Assembly: GCA_964642655.1 (NCBI GenBank)
Contig: CAZXOY010000002.1
Span: forward strand, 41,866-105,865
Reading direction: 5' to 3'
Source of the DNA: an uncultured bacterium
GTDB taxonomy: Bacteria > Deinococcota > Deinococci > Deinococcales > Marinithermaceae
Length of the DNA stretch: 64,000 nucleotides
Part shown: positions 23,327-32,427 of the stretch, in pieces
How positions within the stretch are numbered: position 1 is the stretch's first letter
Layout of the letters: each line of letters begins with the position of its first letter
Notes under the pieces: generated by a model
The model's input: only the letters and a program-made list of their open reading frames with translations
What the model was told of the DNA's origin: nothing
Databases searched by the model: none
Program-made: the position numbers and the translations under genes

Positions 23327-23611
23327 TCAAGGTCCGATTGGCGGCCGATTGAAAACCAAGCCGAACACCAGATCCAGCCCCCTCAAAATCACAAACAGGA
23401 TCAGGAAGTACCCCGCTGCGGCGAGGAGCGCACGGAAAACTCTCTGGGCCTTTGCCTTACGGTAGGCCTCATAACCTCCAATCGCCGCTGCCAATCCAGC
23501 CAGGGGCAAAACTTGAAGTCTTTCATCGGGGACAATGATTCCCATAGTAGCCCCCAGGATCAAGCCCGTTAAGAACATCGAGAACCGTGTCAACTTCCAC
23601 CCCGCCCGCAT
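23327..23611 (-). CDS. Small membrane protein (2-3 TM), hypothetical
   Basis: Start taken at ATG 23609-23611 (GGGGG SD); ORF track extends to GTG 23653. Confidence 0.5.
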   Translation of the reverse strand: MRAGWKLTRFSMFLTGLILGATMGIIVPDERLQVLPLAGLAAAIGGYEAYRKAKAQRVFRALLAAAGYFLILFVILRGLDLVFGLVFNRPPIGP

Positions 23612-23825
23612 TTCGACCCCCTTGGGACAAACAGCGTTCCCGGGCTTACCCACACCGAACGCTCCCGATTTTTAAATACCATTGTCTGGCCAAACGTGCG
23701 CTCCAATTGGGGCATCCCTGCATGCCGCACAAGCGACCACCTCACCGGATGGCAGCCGGGGCGGTGCCCCGGCTTCTCGGGTTTTGTCGTGGGGCTGCGG
23801 GCGGCCCAGCCCCCAAAGGATACGC

Positions 23826-23846
23826 GCACGGCCCGCCGGGCCGTGC
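23826..23846 (-). terminator. Hairpin terminator downstream of the fad operon (ACAD stop at 23869)
   Basis: GCACGGCCC-gcc-GGGCCGTGC, 22 nt past the stop on the minus strand. Confidence 0.5.
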
Positions 23847-23868
23847 GCGAGGTGTGGCCTTTGCTGGC

Positions 23869-25614
23869 TCAGAAGGGGTAGTTCTCGGCCTCGAGGACCG
23901 CGTCGGCCACCTTTTTCTGGATGCCGATCCGGTTCACGGGGTCGTGCTTGGTCAGCCGACGGGCAGCGCTCATCAGCATGCGCAGATCCGAGCCCTCCTC
24001 GAGGTAAGGGAGCAGCCCCTGCGCGGTGACGCTCGCCTTCGCAAGTTCCTCGGTGAGGTAGTACTCGGTGGCGAGGCGCGAGAGCGCGTCGCCGCGCTTT
24101 TTGGCCCTAAGCAGCGCGCTCTCGGCCGCGAACGCCGCGGTGGCGATGTCGGCGACGCGGAGGAGGACTTCCTCCTCCTTGGCGATCTTCTCGCCGAATT
24201 TCTGGGCCGCGAGACCGGCGGTCATCAGCGCCAGCTTCTTGAGGCCATCGACGTAGCCATAAAGGCGTTCGAAGTCGTCGGCTGGAGGCTCGCCGAACGC
24301 TGGTTCCAAAAGCTCTTCTTGCAGCTTGGTCGCGGCCTCGTAGAGCGGCAGCTCGCCTTTGAGCGCCCGCCGGAGGAGCATTCCGGGGATCAAAAGGCGG
24401 TTGATCTCGTTGGTCCCCTCGAAGATGCGGTTGATCCGGCTGTCCCGGTAAGCGCGCTCGACGGCGTATTCCTGGATGTAGCCGTAGCCGCCGTGGATCT
24501 GCACCGCCTCGTCGACGACGAAATCGAGCACTTCCGAGCCGAAGACCTTGGCGATCGAGGCCTCGACCGCGAATTCCTCGATCGCCTCGACCGTGGCCGC
24601 CTTGCCCAGACGCGCGATGGTCTCGTCGATGAGGCCCACGGTGCGGTAGACCGCGCTCTCGGCCACGTAGGTGAGAATGGCCATGCGGGCCAGCTTTTCC
24701 TTAATGGCCCCGAACTTGGCGAGGGGAAGGCCGAACTGCACCCGCTGCTTGGCGTACTTGGCAGCGTCGCGCAGGGCCACCTTGGCGCCGCCGACGGCGC
24801 CGGCGCCGAGTTTGTAGCGGCCCACGTCGAGGACCAAAAAGGCGATCTTGTGGCCCTTGCCGATCTCGCCGACGATGTTTTCCGCCGGGACCTTGACGTC
24901 CTCGAGGATCACCTGCCGGGTCGAGGACGAGCGGATGCCCATCTTGTGCTCTTCGGGACCAAAGGAAAGGCCGGGGGTGTCCCGCTCAACCAAAAAGGCG
25001 GTGAAGTGTTCCCCGTTGATCTTGGCGAAGACGGTGAACAAATCGGCGAACCCGGCGTTGGAGATGAACTGCTTGGTGCCGTTTAAGAGGTAGTACTTCC
25101 CATCTTCCACCGGGGTGGCGGTGGTCTTGATGCCGAGGGCGTCGGACCCCGCGCCGGGCTCGGTGAGGGCGTAGGCGGCCACCCACTCGCCGGAGGCCAG
25201 CTTCGGCAGGTACTTCTGCTTTTGCGCTTCGGTGCCGAAGTAGACGAGGGGCAGGGTACCGATGCCGGTGTGGGCACCCACGGTCACGGCGAAACCGCCG
25301 GCCTCGGAGAGGTTTTCGGCGATGATCGAGCTGACCACCTTCGGCAGCTCAAGACCTCCGTACGCCTCGGGGATGTCGGGGGCAAGCAGCCCCTGCTCGC
25401 CCGCCTTTCGCATGAGCCTCGGGCTCTCCTCGAGCATCCGCGCCTTATCGGTCTCCATCTCGTCGAGGACCGGCAAGACCTCGCGCTCGACGAAGGTGCG
25501 GGTGGTCTCGGCGATCATGCGGACGGTCTCGTCGAAATCCTCGGGGCTGTACACATCGTCCGCCCGCGCCAGCAGCCAGCCGCCGCCTTTCTTCCAAAGG
25601 GGTTGTTCGCTCAT
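23869..25614 (-). CDS. Acyl-CoA dehydrogenase (long form with C-terminal extension)
   Basis: ACAD N/M/C domains (GGYGYIQEYAVERAYRDSRINRIFEGTNEI) plus an ~150-aa C-terminal domain; 581 aa. Confidence 0.9.
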   Translation of the reverse strand: MSEQPLWKKGGGWLLARADDVYSPEDFDETVRMIAETTRTFVEREVLPVLDEMETDKARMLEESPRLMRKAGEQGLLAPDIPEAYGGLELPKVVSSIIAENLSEAGGFAVTVGAHTGIGTLPLVYFGTEAQKQKYLPKLASGEWVAAYALTEPGAGSDALGIKTTATPVEDGKYYLLNGTKQFISNAGFADLFTVFAKINGEHFTAFLVERDTPGLSFGPEEHKMGIRSSSTRQVILEDVKVPAENIVGEIGKGHKIAFLVLDVGRYKLGAGAVGGAKVALRDAAKYAKQRVQFGLPLAKFGAIKEKLARMAILTYVAESAVYRTVGLIDETIARLGKAATVEAIEEFAVEASIAKVFGSEVLDFVVDEAVQIHGGYGYIQEYAVERAYRDSRINRIFEGTNEINRLLIPGMLLRRALKGELPLYEAATKLQEELLEPAFGEPPADDFERLYGYVDGLKKLALMTAGLAAQKFGEKIAKEEEVLLRVADIATAAFAAESALLRAKKRGDALSRLATEYYLTEELAKASVTAQGLLPYLEEGSDLRMLMSAARRLTKHDPVNRIGIQKKVADAVLEAENYPF

Positions 25615-25617
25615 CGT

Positions 25618-26814
25618 TTACCTCCCGTAAACCTCAAAGATTCCGGCAGCCCCCATGCCGCCGCCGATGCACATGGTGACCAGGCCCAGACCGCCCCCGC
25701 GGCGCCCGAGCTCGTAGACGAGCTGGGTGGTCAGCTTGGCCCCGGTGGCGCCGAGGGGGTGTCCGAGGGCGATGGCTCCGCCGTTCACGTTGGTCTTTTC
25801 CTCGGGCATCCCAAGCTCACGCATCACCGCCAGCACCTGGGCGGCAAACGCCTCGTTGAACTCGATGAGGTCGATGTCCGACATGGTGATCCCGGCCTTT
25901 TCAAAGGCCTTGGGCACGGCGTACACCGGTCCTACGCCCATGATGTCCGGAGCCACCGCCGCCACCTGGAAGGTGATGAAGCGCGCCAGGGGTTTAAGGC
26001 CCAGCGCCTCGGCCTTCTCCTTACTCATGACCAGCACCGCCGCCGCCCCGTCGGAATAAGGGCTGGCGTTGCCGGCGGTAACCGTCCCGCCAACCTTAAA
26101 GGCCGGCTTGAGCTGGGAAAGCTTTTCCACCGTGGTGTCGGGTCGTACGGTCTCGTCCTTTTTGAACTCGAAGGTCTCGACCTGTTTCTTGGTCCCCTTA
26201 TAGCGCACCCGCTCGACCTGAATGGGCACGATCTGATCGTCAAAGCGACCCGCCTCCCAGGCCTCGGCCGCGAGCTTGTGGCTGCGGTAGGCCCAGCGGT
26301 CCTGGTCCTCACGGGAAATCCCCCAACGCTCGGCCACCCGTTCGGCGGTATAGCCCATGCCGATGTAGGAGGAGTAGGTCTCCGCCGACCAGGTTTCGGG
26401 GGTGAGGTCCGGGTGCAACCGGGTGTGGTAGCCGCTCATCGGCACCTGGCTCATCATTTCAACCCCACCGGCCAGCACCGCGTCGGCCATACCGCTCATG
26501 ATGGCCTGGGCGGCCATGGCGATGGTCTGCAGGCCAGACGAGCAAAAGCGATTCACCGTGGCGCCCGGAACCTCAACCGGCAGCCCGGCGCGAAGGAGCG
26601 CCAGGCGGGCGATGTTCAACCCCTGGGCCGCCTCGGGCATGGCGCAACCCCAGAGCACGTCGTCGAGCAGCTTGGGATCGACGCCCGACCGCTCGACCGC
26701 CGCTCGCATCACCGCCGCCGAAAGATCCACCGGGTGAACGCTGGCCAAGGCTCCGTTCTTCTTACCCCGAGCCACGGGGGTACGGACTGCACTGACAATA
26801 ACCGCCTCGCGCAT
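25618..26814 (-). CDS. fadA: Acetyl-CoA C-acyltransferase (3-ketoacyl-CoA thiolase)
   Basis: Active-site Cys in [10 protein letters not shown]-terminal CIGGGMG. Confidence 0.95.
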   Translation of the reverse strand: MREAVIVSAVRTPVARGKKNGALASVHPVDLSAAVMRAAVERSGVDPKLLDDVLWGCAMPEAAQGLNIARLALLRAGLPVEVPGATVNRFCSSGLQTIAMAAQAIMSGMADAVLAGGVEMMSQVPMSGYHTRLHPDLTPETWSAETYSSYIGMGYTAERVAERWGISREDQDRWAYRSHKLAAEAWEAGRFDDQIVPIQVERVRYKGTKKQVETFEFKKDETVRPDTTVEKLSQLKPAFKVGGTVTAGNASPYSDGAAAVLVMSKEKAEALGLKPLARFITFQVAAVAPDIMGVGPVYAVPKAFEKAGITMSDIDLIEFNEAFAAQVLAVMRELGMPEEKTNVNGGAIALGHPLGATGAKLTTQLVYELGRRGGGLGLVTMCIGGGMGAAGIFEVYGR

Positions 26815-26823
26815 ACTTCCTCC

Positions 26824-29139
26824 TTAGTTCCTCATCGGCTTCCCGGTCTTCAAGGTGTGGAGCACCCGCTCGAGGGTCTTCTTCGTGCCCGCGAGCTTCA
26901 GGAAGGCCTCGCGCTCGAGGTCCAAGATGTCGTCTTCGCTGACCTCGCGGGGTGGTCCGTCACCACCGGAGAGCACGTAGGCCAGCTCGTTGGCGATCTT
27001 CAGCTCGTGATCGGTGATCTGACCGGCCTCCCTGAACTGCCAGGCCGCGTACTTCAGGTTGCCGAGCGCCTCGGCGCCAAGGGCCACGATCCGGCGCTGC
27101 CCACGAACCGGCGGCACGTAGCCGGGCGCCAGCTCGAGCACTCGGCGCTTGGCCTCGGCGATCAGGCGATCCCGGTTCATGACCACGCGGTCGGAACCGC
27201 GGAGATACCCGAGGTTTTTGGCCTCGAGGGCGCTGGTCGAGGTCTGGGCCATGGCGATGAGCCCGAAGGCACGCTTTGCGGCCTCAAAGGGGTCGGCTTC
27301 CGGGTAGGGCTTGAGGTCCTCGCTGAAGCGGAAGAGCAGTTCCTTGGTCCCGCCGCCGGCCGGGATCAGACCAACCCCCACCTCAACCAACCCCATGTAG
27401 AGCTCGGCGTGGGCCACGACCTCATCCGCGTGCAGCACGTACTCGGCGCCGCCGCCCAGGGTGAGGCCGAAGGGGGCCACCACCACCGGGAAGGGCGCGT
27501 ATTTGAGCCCCATCGTCGCCCGCTGGAAGCTGCGCACCGCCAGGTCGAGCTCGTCCCAATCGCCTTCCTGGATGAGCATGGCGATGAGGCCAAGGTTCGC
27601 CCCGGCCGAGAAGGCGCGCGGGTCGTCGTTGCCGACCACCAAGCCCACCAGACCTTCCCGCTCGATGTAGCCGAGGGCCCAGTCGGTGAGAGAGAGGATC
27701 CCCTCGCCCACGGTGTTGACCTTGCTGTGGAACTCAAGGAGCAACACCCCGTCGCCGATGTCGACCAACGAGGCCTCTTTGTTCTCCTTCACCACGCGCC
27801 CCTCGGATTTGGCCTCGGCGATCACCAGCGCGCCGGGCACCGGGGCGAGCGGCTGGTAGCTCCCGTCGAACGCCAGGTAGCGCTTTTGTCCATCCTGCGT
27901 TTTGTAAAAGCTCCCTTCAGCCTTGGCGAGCAGTTCGGGTTCGGCGAAGCCGAACTCCGTCAGGAGGGCGCGGACCGTATCCACCCCCACCGCGTCCATC
28001 TGCTCGAAGGGCCCGAGCTCCCAGCCGAAGCCCCAGCGCATGGCGCGGTCGATGGCCACGATGTCGTAAGCGATGGCCTCGGCCTTTTCCAAGGTGTAGT
28101 GGGTGGTCACGGCGAAAAGCTTTTTCATGAAGGCGCCGTATTTTTCCGGCAGCTCGAGGACCGCCTTGAGCCGCTCGGGAAGCGGCTTGTCTTTGATTTC
28201 GGCGTATCCGGGAATCCGGGGCTTTTCCTTCGGCCGGTACTCGAGGGTCTGGGGATCGAGGGTGAAGATCGCCTTGCCCTCTTTCTTGTAAAAACCGGCC
28301 TTGGTCTTCTCCCCGAGCCGCCCCATGGCCACCAGCTTTTCCACCCACTCGGGGAGGGCGAAATCCTCGCCAGTGGCCTCAGCCAGCCCGCTGGCGACGT
28401 GGCGCAGGACGTCGAGGCCGGTGAGGTCGGCGGTGCGGAAGACGGCGCTCTTCGGTCGGCCCACGAGCGGCCCCAGCAGGGCGTCGACCTCGTCGATGGT
28501 GAGACCGAACTCTTCCATCAGCCGGACCGCCTGCACCATGCCGTAGACCCCGAGGCGGTTGGCGACGAAGCCCGGCACGTCCTTGGCCCGCACGATCCCC
28601 TTGCCCAGAATGCGGTCGCCGAAGGCCTCGATGGCGGCGATCACCCCGGGGTCGGTGTCGGGGGTCGGGATGATCTCGAGCAGGTGGAGGTAGCGGGGCG
28701 GGTTAAAAAAGTGGGTCCCCAAAAAGCGCTTCCTAAAGCCCTCGCTCCTGCCCTCGGTGAGAATCTTCATCGGGATGCCCGAGGTGTTGGTGGAAACGAT
28801 GGCCTCGGGCTTGAGGATGGCCTCGAGCCGCGCAAACAGCTCTTGTTTGGGCTCGGGTTTTTCGATGATGGCCTCGACCACCCAGTCCACGTCGCCCAAC
28901 TTTTCCAGATCGTCGCGGGTGTTGCCGATCTCGATCAGCCGAGCCCGCTCCTTCGCCATGAAGGCTGCGGGGCGCGCCTTCATGGCCCGCTCCAGACCCT
29001 TTTTCACGATGGCGTTGGGATCATCGCCGTCGGCGGGAATATCGAGGAGCACCACCGGCACCCCGGCGCTGGCCGCGAGCGCCGCGATGCCGGCCCCCAT
29101 GGTCCCCGCGCCTACAACTCCGATCTTGCGAATGCGCAT
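26824..29139 (-). CDS. Bifunctional 3-hydroxyacyl-CoA dehydrogenase / enoyl-CoA hydratase (FadN/FadJ-type, dehydrogenase domain N-terminal)
   Basis: VVGAGTMGAGIA Rossmann at the N-terminus, crotonase fold at the C-terminus; start placed at ATG 29137-29139 after AAGGAGGTG. Confidence 0.9.
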   Translation of the reverse strand: MRIRKIGVVGAGTMGAGIAALAASAGVPVVLLDIPADGDDPNAIVKKGLERAMKARPAAFMAKERARLIEIGNTRDDLEKLGDVDWVVEAIIEKPEPKQELFARLEAILKPEAIVSTNTSGIPMKILTEGRSEGFRKRFLGTHFFNPPRYLHLLEIIPTPDTDPGVIAAIEAFGDRILGKGIVRAKDVPGFVANRLGVYGMVQAVRLMEEFGLTIDEVDALLGPLVGRPKSAVFRTADLTGLDVLRHVASGLAEATGEDFALPEWVEKLVAMGRLGEKTKAGFYKKEGKAIFTLDPQTLEYRPKEKPRIPGYAEIKDKPLPERLKAVLELPEKYGAFMKKLFAVTTHYTLEKAEAIAYDIVAIDRAMRWGFGWELGPFEQMDAVGVDTVRALLTEFGFAEPELLAKAEGSFYKTQDGQKRYLAFDGSYQPLAPVPGALVIAEAKSEGRVVKENKEASLVDIGDGVLLLEFHSKVNTVGEGILSLTDWALGYIEREGLVGLVVGNDDPRAFSAGANLGLIAMLIQEGDWDELDLAVRSFQRATMGLKYAPFPVVVAPFGLTLGGGAEYVLHADEVVAHAELYMGLVEVGVGLIPAGGGTKELLFRFSEDLKPYPEADPFEAAKRAFGLIAMAQTSTSALEAKNLGYLRGSDRVVMNRDRLIAEAKRRVLELAPGYVPPVRGQRRIVALGAEALGNLKYAAWQFREAGQITDHELKIANELAYVLSGGDGPPREVSEDDILDLEREAFLKLAGTKKTLERVLHTLKTGKPMRN

Positions 29140-29149
29140 GCCCACCTCC

Positions 29150-29164
29150 TTATACCGAGTATAA
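29150..29164. promoter_or_regulatory. Candidate Thermus FadR (TetR-family) operator TTATACCGAGTATAA immediately upstream of the fadN SD
   Basis: Perfect 6-bp inverted arms TTATAC/GTATAA; fits the reported T. thermophilus FadR consensus TTRNACYNRGTNYAA at all constrained positions. Confidence 0.5.
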
Positions 29165-29166
29165 AC

Positions 29167-29766
29167 TTATACCAAGCCGAGGCGCTCGTCCAGGTCACCG
29201 CCAATTCGGGGCCCGAGGTGTCGCCAGGCGAGCTGTGACCACCCCTCCATCCGGGGAAGCAAATCGTCGAGCTCGCGCCCGCTGACCAGGCGGCCCTCGA
29301 GTTTTTCGCGCTCCCGAACCTCGGGCTTGCGGTCGGCCTCGACCAAGAACAACACCCCCACGTGCACCCGCTCAACCGGGGTGGTCGAGGTCAAAATGAG
29401 CCCCATTCGGCGCAGGGACCGGGCTTTAATCCCCGCTTCTTCCCAAAGCTCGCGGTAAAGGGCCCAGGTCACTGGATCCCGGCACTGATCCCAGAGGTTG
29501 ATGTGCCCCCCGAGCCCGATGGAGAAGAGCCCGGCCAATCGTTTCTCGCCACCGCCCCGGATCCGCCGGGTGAGGAAGACCCGGCCCCGGTAGGTCACCA
29601 CCGCGTAGGGGATCACCTGGCGGTAGGTCGGGTCCTCTTCCATCTGGTGACGAAAGCGGTAAAACCCTTCCCGAGTCAACCGCGACCACAACGCCCCATC
29701 GAGGGGCAGCACCCGTCCCGAGGGATCGGGGAGCGCCCGGGCGGGGAGAACGTAGACGAGCTCCAT
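29167..29766 (-). CDS. NUDIX hydrolase (possible CoA/acyl-CoA pyrophosphatase)
   Basis: Nudix box GGHINLWDQCRDPVTWALYRELWEEAGI; start at ATG 29764-29766. Confidence 0.75.
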   Translation of the reverse strand: MELVYVLPARALPDPSGRVLPLDGALWSRLTREGFYRFRHQMEEDPTYRQVIPYAVVTYRGRVFLTRRIRGGGEKRLAGLFSIGLGGHINLWDQCRDPVTWALYRELWEEAGIKARSLRRMGLILTSTTPVERVHVGVLFLVEADRKPEVREREKLEGRLVSGRELDDLLPRMEGWSQLAWRHLGPRIGGDLDERLGLV

Positions 29767-29816
29767 TCCCACACGTTACCCTGACCCGCAAGCGGCGCTG
29801 AAGGGGGAAGCGAACT

Positions 29817-29841
29817 GGGTATAATCTTATACCCGGTTTAA
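29817..29841. promoter_or_regulatory. Divergent fad promoter/operator: perfect palindrome GGGTATAA-tc-TTATACCC overlapping a second FadR-consensus site TTATACCCGGTTTAA
   Basis: 29827-29841 matches TTRNACYNRGTNYAA; the palindrome contains TATAAT; the region lies between the divergent NUDIX-fadN-fadA-ACAD operon and fadD. Confidence 0.5.
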
Positions 29842-29890
29842 GGGGCACGCGGTGTCCTTCTGTCGTAAGCTCGAAGGTAAGGAGGAAAAC

Positions 29891-31567
29891 ATGGAAAGGC
29901 CCTGGCACGCCCACTATGACCCTGGGGTACCGCCTAAGGTGGACTACCCCAAAGCCCCGCTTTTCGACCTGGTTCGTAACGCGGCGGCCCAGTTTCCCGG
30001 GAACATCGCCCTGGACTTCATGGGCAAACAGATGACCTACAAGGCGCTGTGGGAAGAGACCCGCCGCTTTGCCCGCGCCCTCCAGGACCTGGGGCTCCAA
30101 AAAGGCGACCGGGTCGCGATCATGCTCCCCAACTCGCCGCAGTTCCTCATCGCTTTCTTCGGCACCCTACTCGCCGGCGGCGTGGCCGTCAACACCAATC
30201 CCCTCTACACCCCGCGCGAGCTCGCCCACCAGCTCGGGGACTCGGAAGCGAAGTTCCTCGTCATGCTCGATCTGCTCTGGCCGCGCTTTGCCGAGATCGA
30301 ACGCGAGGTCCCGACGGAGGTGGTGATCACCACCGGGATCCAGGACGCGCTCCCCTTCCCCAAAAACCTTCTCTACCCCTTCAAGATGAAGCGGGAGGGG
30401 AAGTGGGTCAAGGTTCCCGCGCACCCCAAACGGAGGGCCTGGAAAGCGCTGCTCGCGGGGAGCCCGCCCGAGCCGTCGCCGGTCGAGGTGGACCTCGAGG
30501 CCCTCGCCCTCCTGCAGTACACCGGCGGGACCACCGGAACCCCGAAAGCCGCGATGCTCTCGCACCAAAACCTCATGGCCAACGTGCACCAGGTCCTAGC
30601 CTGGGCACCGGGGCTTGAGCCGGGCAAGGAGGTCATGCTCGGGGTGCTCCCCTTCTTCCACGTCTACGGCATGACGGTCTCCATGAATTTCGGCCTGGCG
30701 CTCGCGGCCAAGATCGTATTGCTGCCCCGCTTCGAAATCGCCCAGGTCGTCCGGGCCATCGAGCAGCATAAGGCCACCCTCTTCCCCGGTGTCCCCACCA
30801 TGTACGTGGCCTTCAACACCTTCCCGGGCATCGAACAGCGCAACATTCGCTCGGTCAAGGTCTGCATCTCGGGCGCGGCCCCGCTGCCGATCGAGGTGGC
30901 GGAGCGCTTCGAAGCGCTCACCGGCGCCAAGCTGGTCGAAGGCTACGGCCTCTCCGAAGCCTCGCCGGTGACCCACTGCAACCCCATGTTCGGCAAGCGC
31001 AAAAAGGGATCGATCGGGCTCCCCCTGCCCTCGGTCGAGGCCCGGGTGGTGGGCCCCGACCTCGAGACCCGGGCCGTGGGTGAGATCGGCGAGCTCGCGG
31101 TCAAGGGGCCGAACGTCATGCAGGGCTACTGGAGGCGCCCCGAGGAGACCAAGGCGGTCTTGCGCGATGGCTGGCTGCTCACCGGCGACGTGGCCAAGAT
31201 GGACGAAGAGGGCTACTTCTACATCGTCGACCGCAAAAAGGACATGATCATCGCCGGCGGCTACAACATCTACCCCAGAGAGATCGAAGAGGTGCTCTAC
31301 CAGCACGAAGCGGTCCAGGAAGCGGCCGTGGTCGGCGTGCCCGACCCCTACCGCGGTGAAACGGTGAAGGCCTACGTGGTGCTCAAGGAAGGCTTCAAGG
31401 ACAAGGTGAGCGAAGCGGACCTCGAGGCCTTCGCCCGCGAGCGGCTGGCCGCCTACAAGGTGCCAAAACTCTGGGAGATACGCGACGACCTCCCAAAAAC
31501 CGCGGTGGGCAAGATCCTCCGGCGCGCTCTGCGGGACGAAGAAGCCAAAAAACCCAGAGAAACGTAG
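29891..31567 (+). CDS. fadD: Long-chain fatty-acid--CoA ligase
   Basis: AMP-binding motifs LQYTGGTTGTPKAAMLSH and GYGLSEASP, C-terminal PKTAVGKILRRALR; AGGAGG SD before ATG 29891. Confidence 0.9.
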   Translation: MERPWHAHYDPGVPPKVDYPKAPLFDLVRNAAAQFPGNIALDFMGKQMTYKALWEETRRFARALQDLGLQKGDRVAIMLPNSPQFLIAFFGTLLAGGVAVNTNPLYTPRELAHQLGDSEAKFLVMLDLLWPRFAEIEREVPTEVVITTGIQDALPFPKNLLYPFKMKREGKWVKVPAHPKRRAWKALLAGSPPEPSPVEVDLEALALLQYTGGTTGTPKAAMLSHQNLMANVHQVLAWAPGLEPGKEVMLGVLPFFHVYGMTVSMNFGLALAAKIVLLPRFEIAQVVRAIEQHKATLFPGVPTMYVAFNTFPGIEQRNIRSVKVCISGAAPLPIEVAERFEALTGAKLVEGYGLSEASPVTHCNPMFGKRKKGSIGLPLPSVEARVVGPDLETRAVGEIGELAVKGPNVMQGYWRRPEETKAVLRDGWLLTGDVAKMDEEGYFYIVDRKKDMIIAGGYNIYPREIEEVLYQHEAVQEAAVVGVPDPYRGETVKAYVVLKEGFKDKVSEADLEAFARERLAAYKVPKLWEIRDDLPKTAVGKILRRALRDEEAKKPRET

Positions 31568-31588
31568 GCGCTTCCGTACAATGGAAGC

Positions 31589-32413
31589 ATGAACAGCAAG
31601 GGGGTCTATGCGTTTGGAGGACTGGGTGTGTTCCTGGTCCTCCTTTTGATCTGGGCTGGCGTTGGCGTCAGGATCATCGATAACCGGCACGTCGGCTGCC
31701 GCATTCGCCTGGGTCAGATCCAAAGCCAGGAAACCCCGCCCGGCGTGCACTGGGCCGCGGTGCCTATCGAAAGCTTCGCCGAGGTGCCGATCTACACCCA
31801 GATCCTCGATTACAAAGGCGTCGAGGTCCTGGCCAAGGACGGGCTGCGCATCAACATGGACATCACCGTGGGCTACCGGATCCGCCCCGAAGAGGCCTGC
31901 GAGGCCTACCTGCAATACACCGATATCGAGAACGGTTTGGTGGTGCCTCAAATCCGATCGGCGCTCAGGAAGGTGGCCTCGACCTACCTGTCGACCGAGT
32001 ACTACGAGCTCCGGGCCAAGGTCGACGCCGGCATCGTCCAGGCCCTCGAGGGCCTCAAGAGCCCCTACTTCGAGATCGTCCAGGTCAATATCCGCAACGT
32101 GGTGTTGCCGCAATCGGTGATCGAGGCCATTCAGCGTAAGATCGTGGCCAAGCAGGAAGCCGAACGCATGCAATTCGTTTTGGAAAAGGAGCAAAAGGAG
32201 GCCGAGCGCAAGAAGATCGAGGCCCAGGGCATCGCCGAGGCCAACAAGGTCATCGCCGGCTCGCTCACCGAGTCGTACCTGAAGTGGTACCAGGTCCAGG
32301 CCATCAAAGACCTCGGCAACTCGCCGAACACCACCTTCATGATCGTGCCCTACGACTCGAACCTCTTCCCGATCCCCACCTATCCGGTCCCGGGTTCCAA
32401 GGCCAAACCCTAG
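31589..32413 (+). CDS. SPFH/band-7 (prohibitin-like) membrane protein
   Basis: N-terminal TM helix, PHB domain, C-terminal coiled coil (EKEQKEAERKKIEAQGIAEANK). Confidence 0.8.
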   Translation: MNSKGVYAFGGLGVFLVLLLIWAGVGVRIIDNRHVGCRIRLGQIQSQETPPGVHWAAVPIESFAEVPIYTQILDYKGVEVLAKDGLRINMDITVGYRIRPEEACEAYLQYTDIENGLVVPQIRSALRKVASTYLSTEYYELRAKVDAGIVQALEGLKSPYFEIVQVNIRNVVLPQSVIEAIQRKIVAKQEAERMQFVLEKEQKEAERKKIEAQGIAEANKVIAGSLTESYLKWYQVQAIKDLGNSPNTTFMIVPYDSNLFPIPTYPVPGSKAKP

Positions 32414-32427
32414 GTGTAACTTGAGGC

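Noticed and set aside
23587-25086. 499-aa plus-strand ORF
   Set aside because: It is antisense to the acyl-CoA dehydrogenase gene. The same reasoning applies to 30596..32194(-) antisense to fadD, and to 5883..6890(-)/5936..6892(+) inside ftsK.
25222-29238. 1338-aa ORF on the plus strand
   Set aside because: It is antisense to strongly conserved thiolase and FadN genes. It is a low-complexity, Gly/Arg/Pro-rich stop-free run of the kind expected in 68% GC DNA. No motifs were found.
29817-29834. GGGTATAATCTTATACCC read simply as a TATAAT -10 box
   Set aside because: This reading is not excluded. However, the perfect 18-bp dyad symmetry, and the adjacent and upstream matches to the FadR consensus, make an operator overlapping the -10 the better reading.
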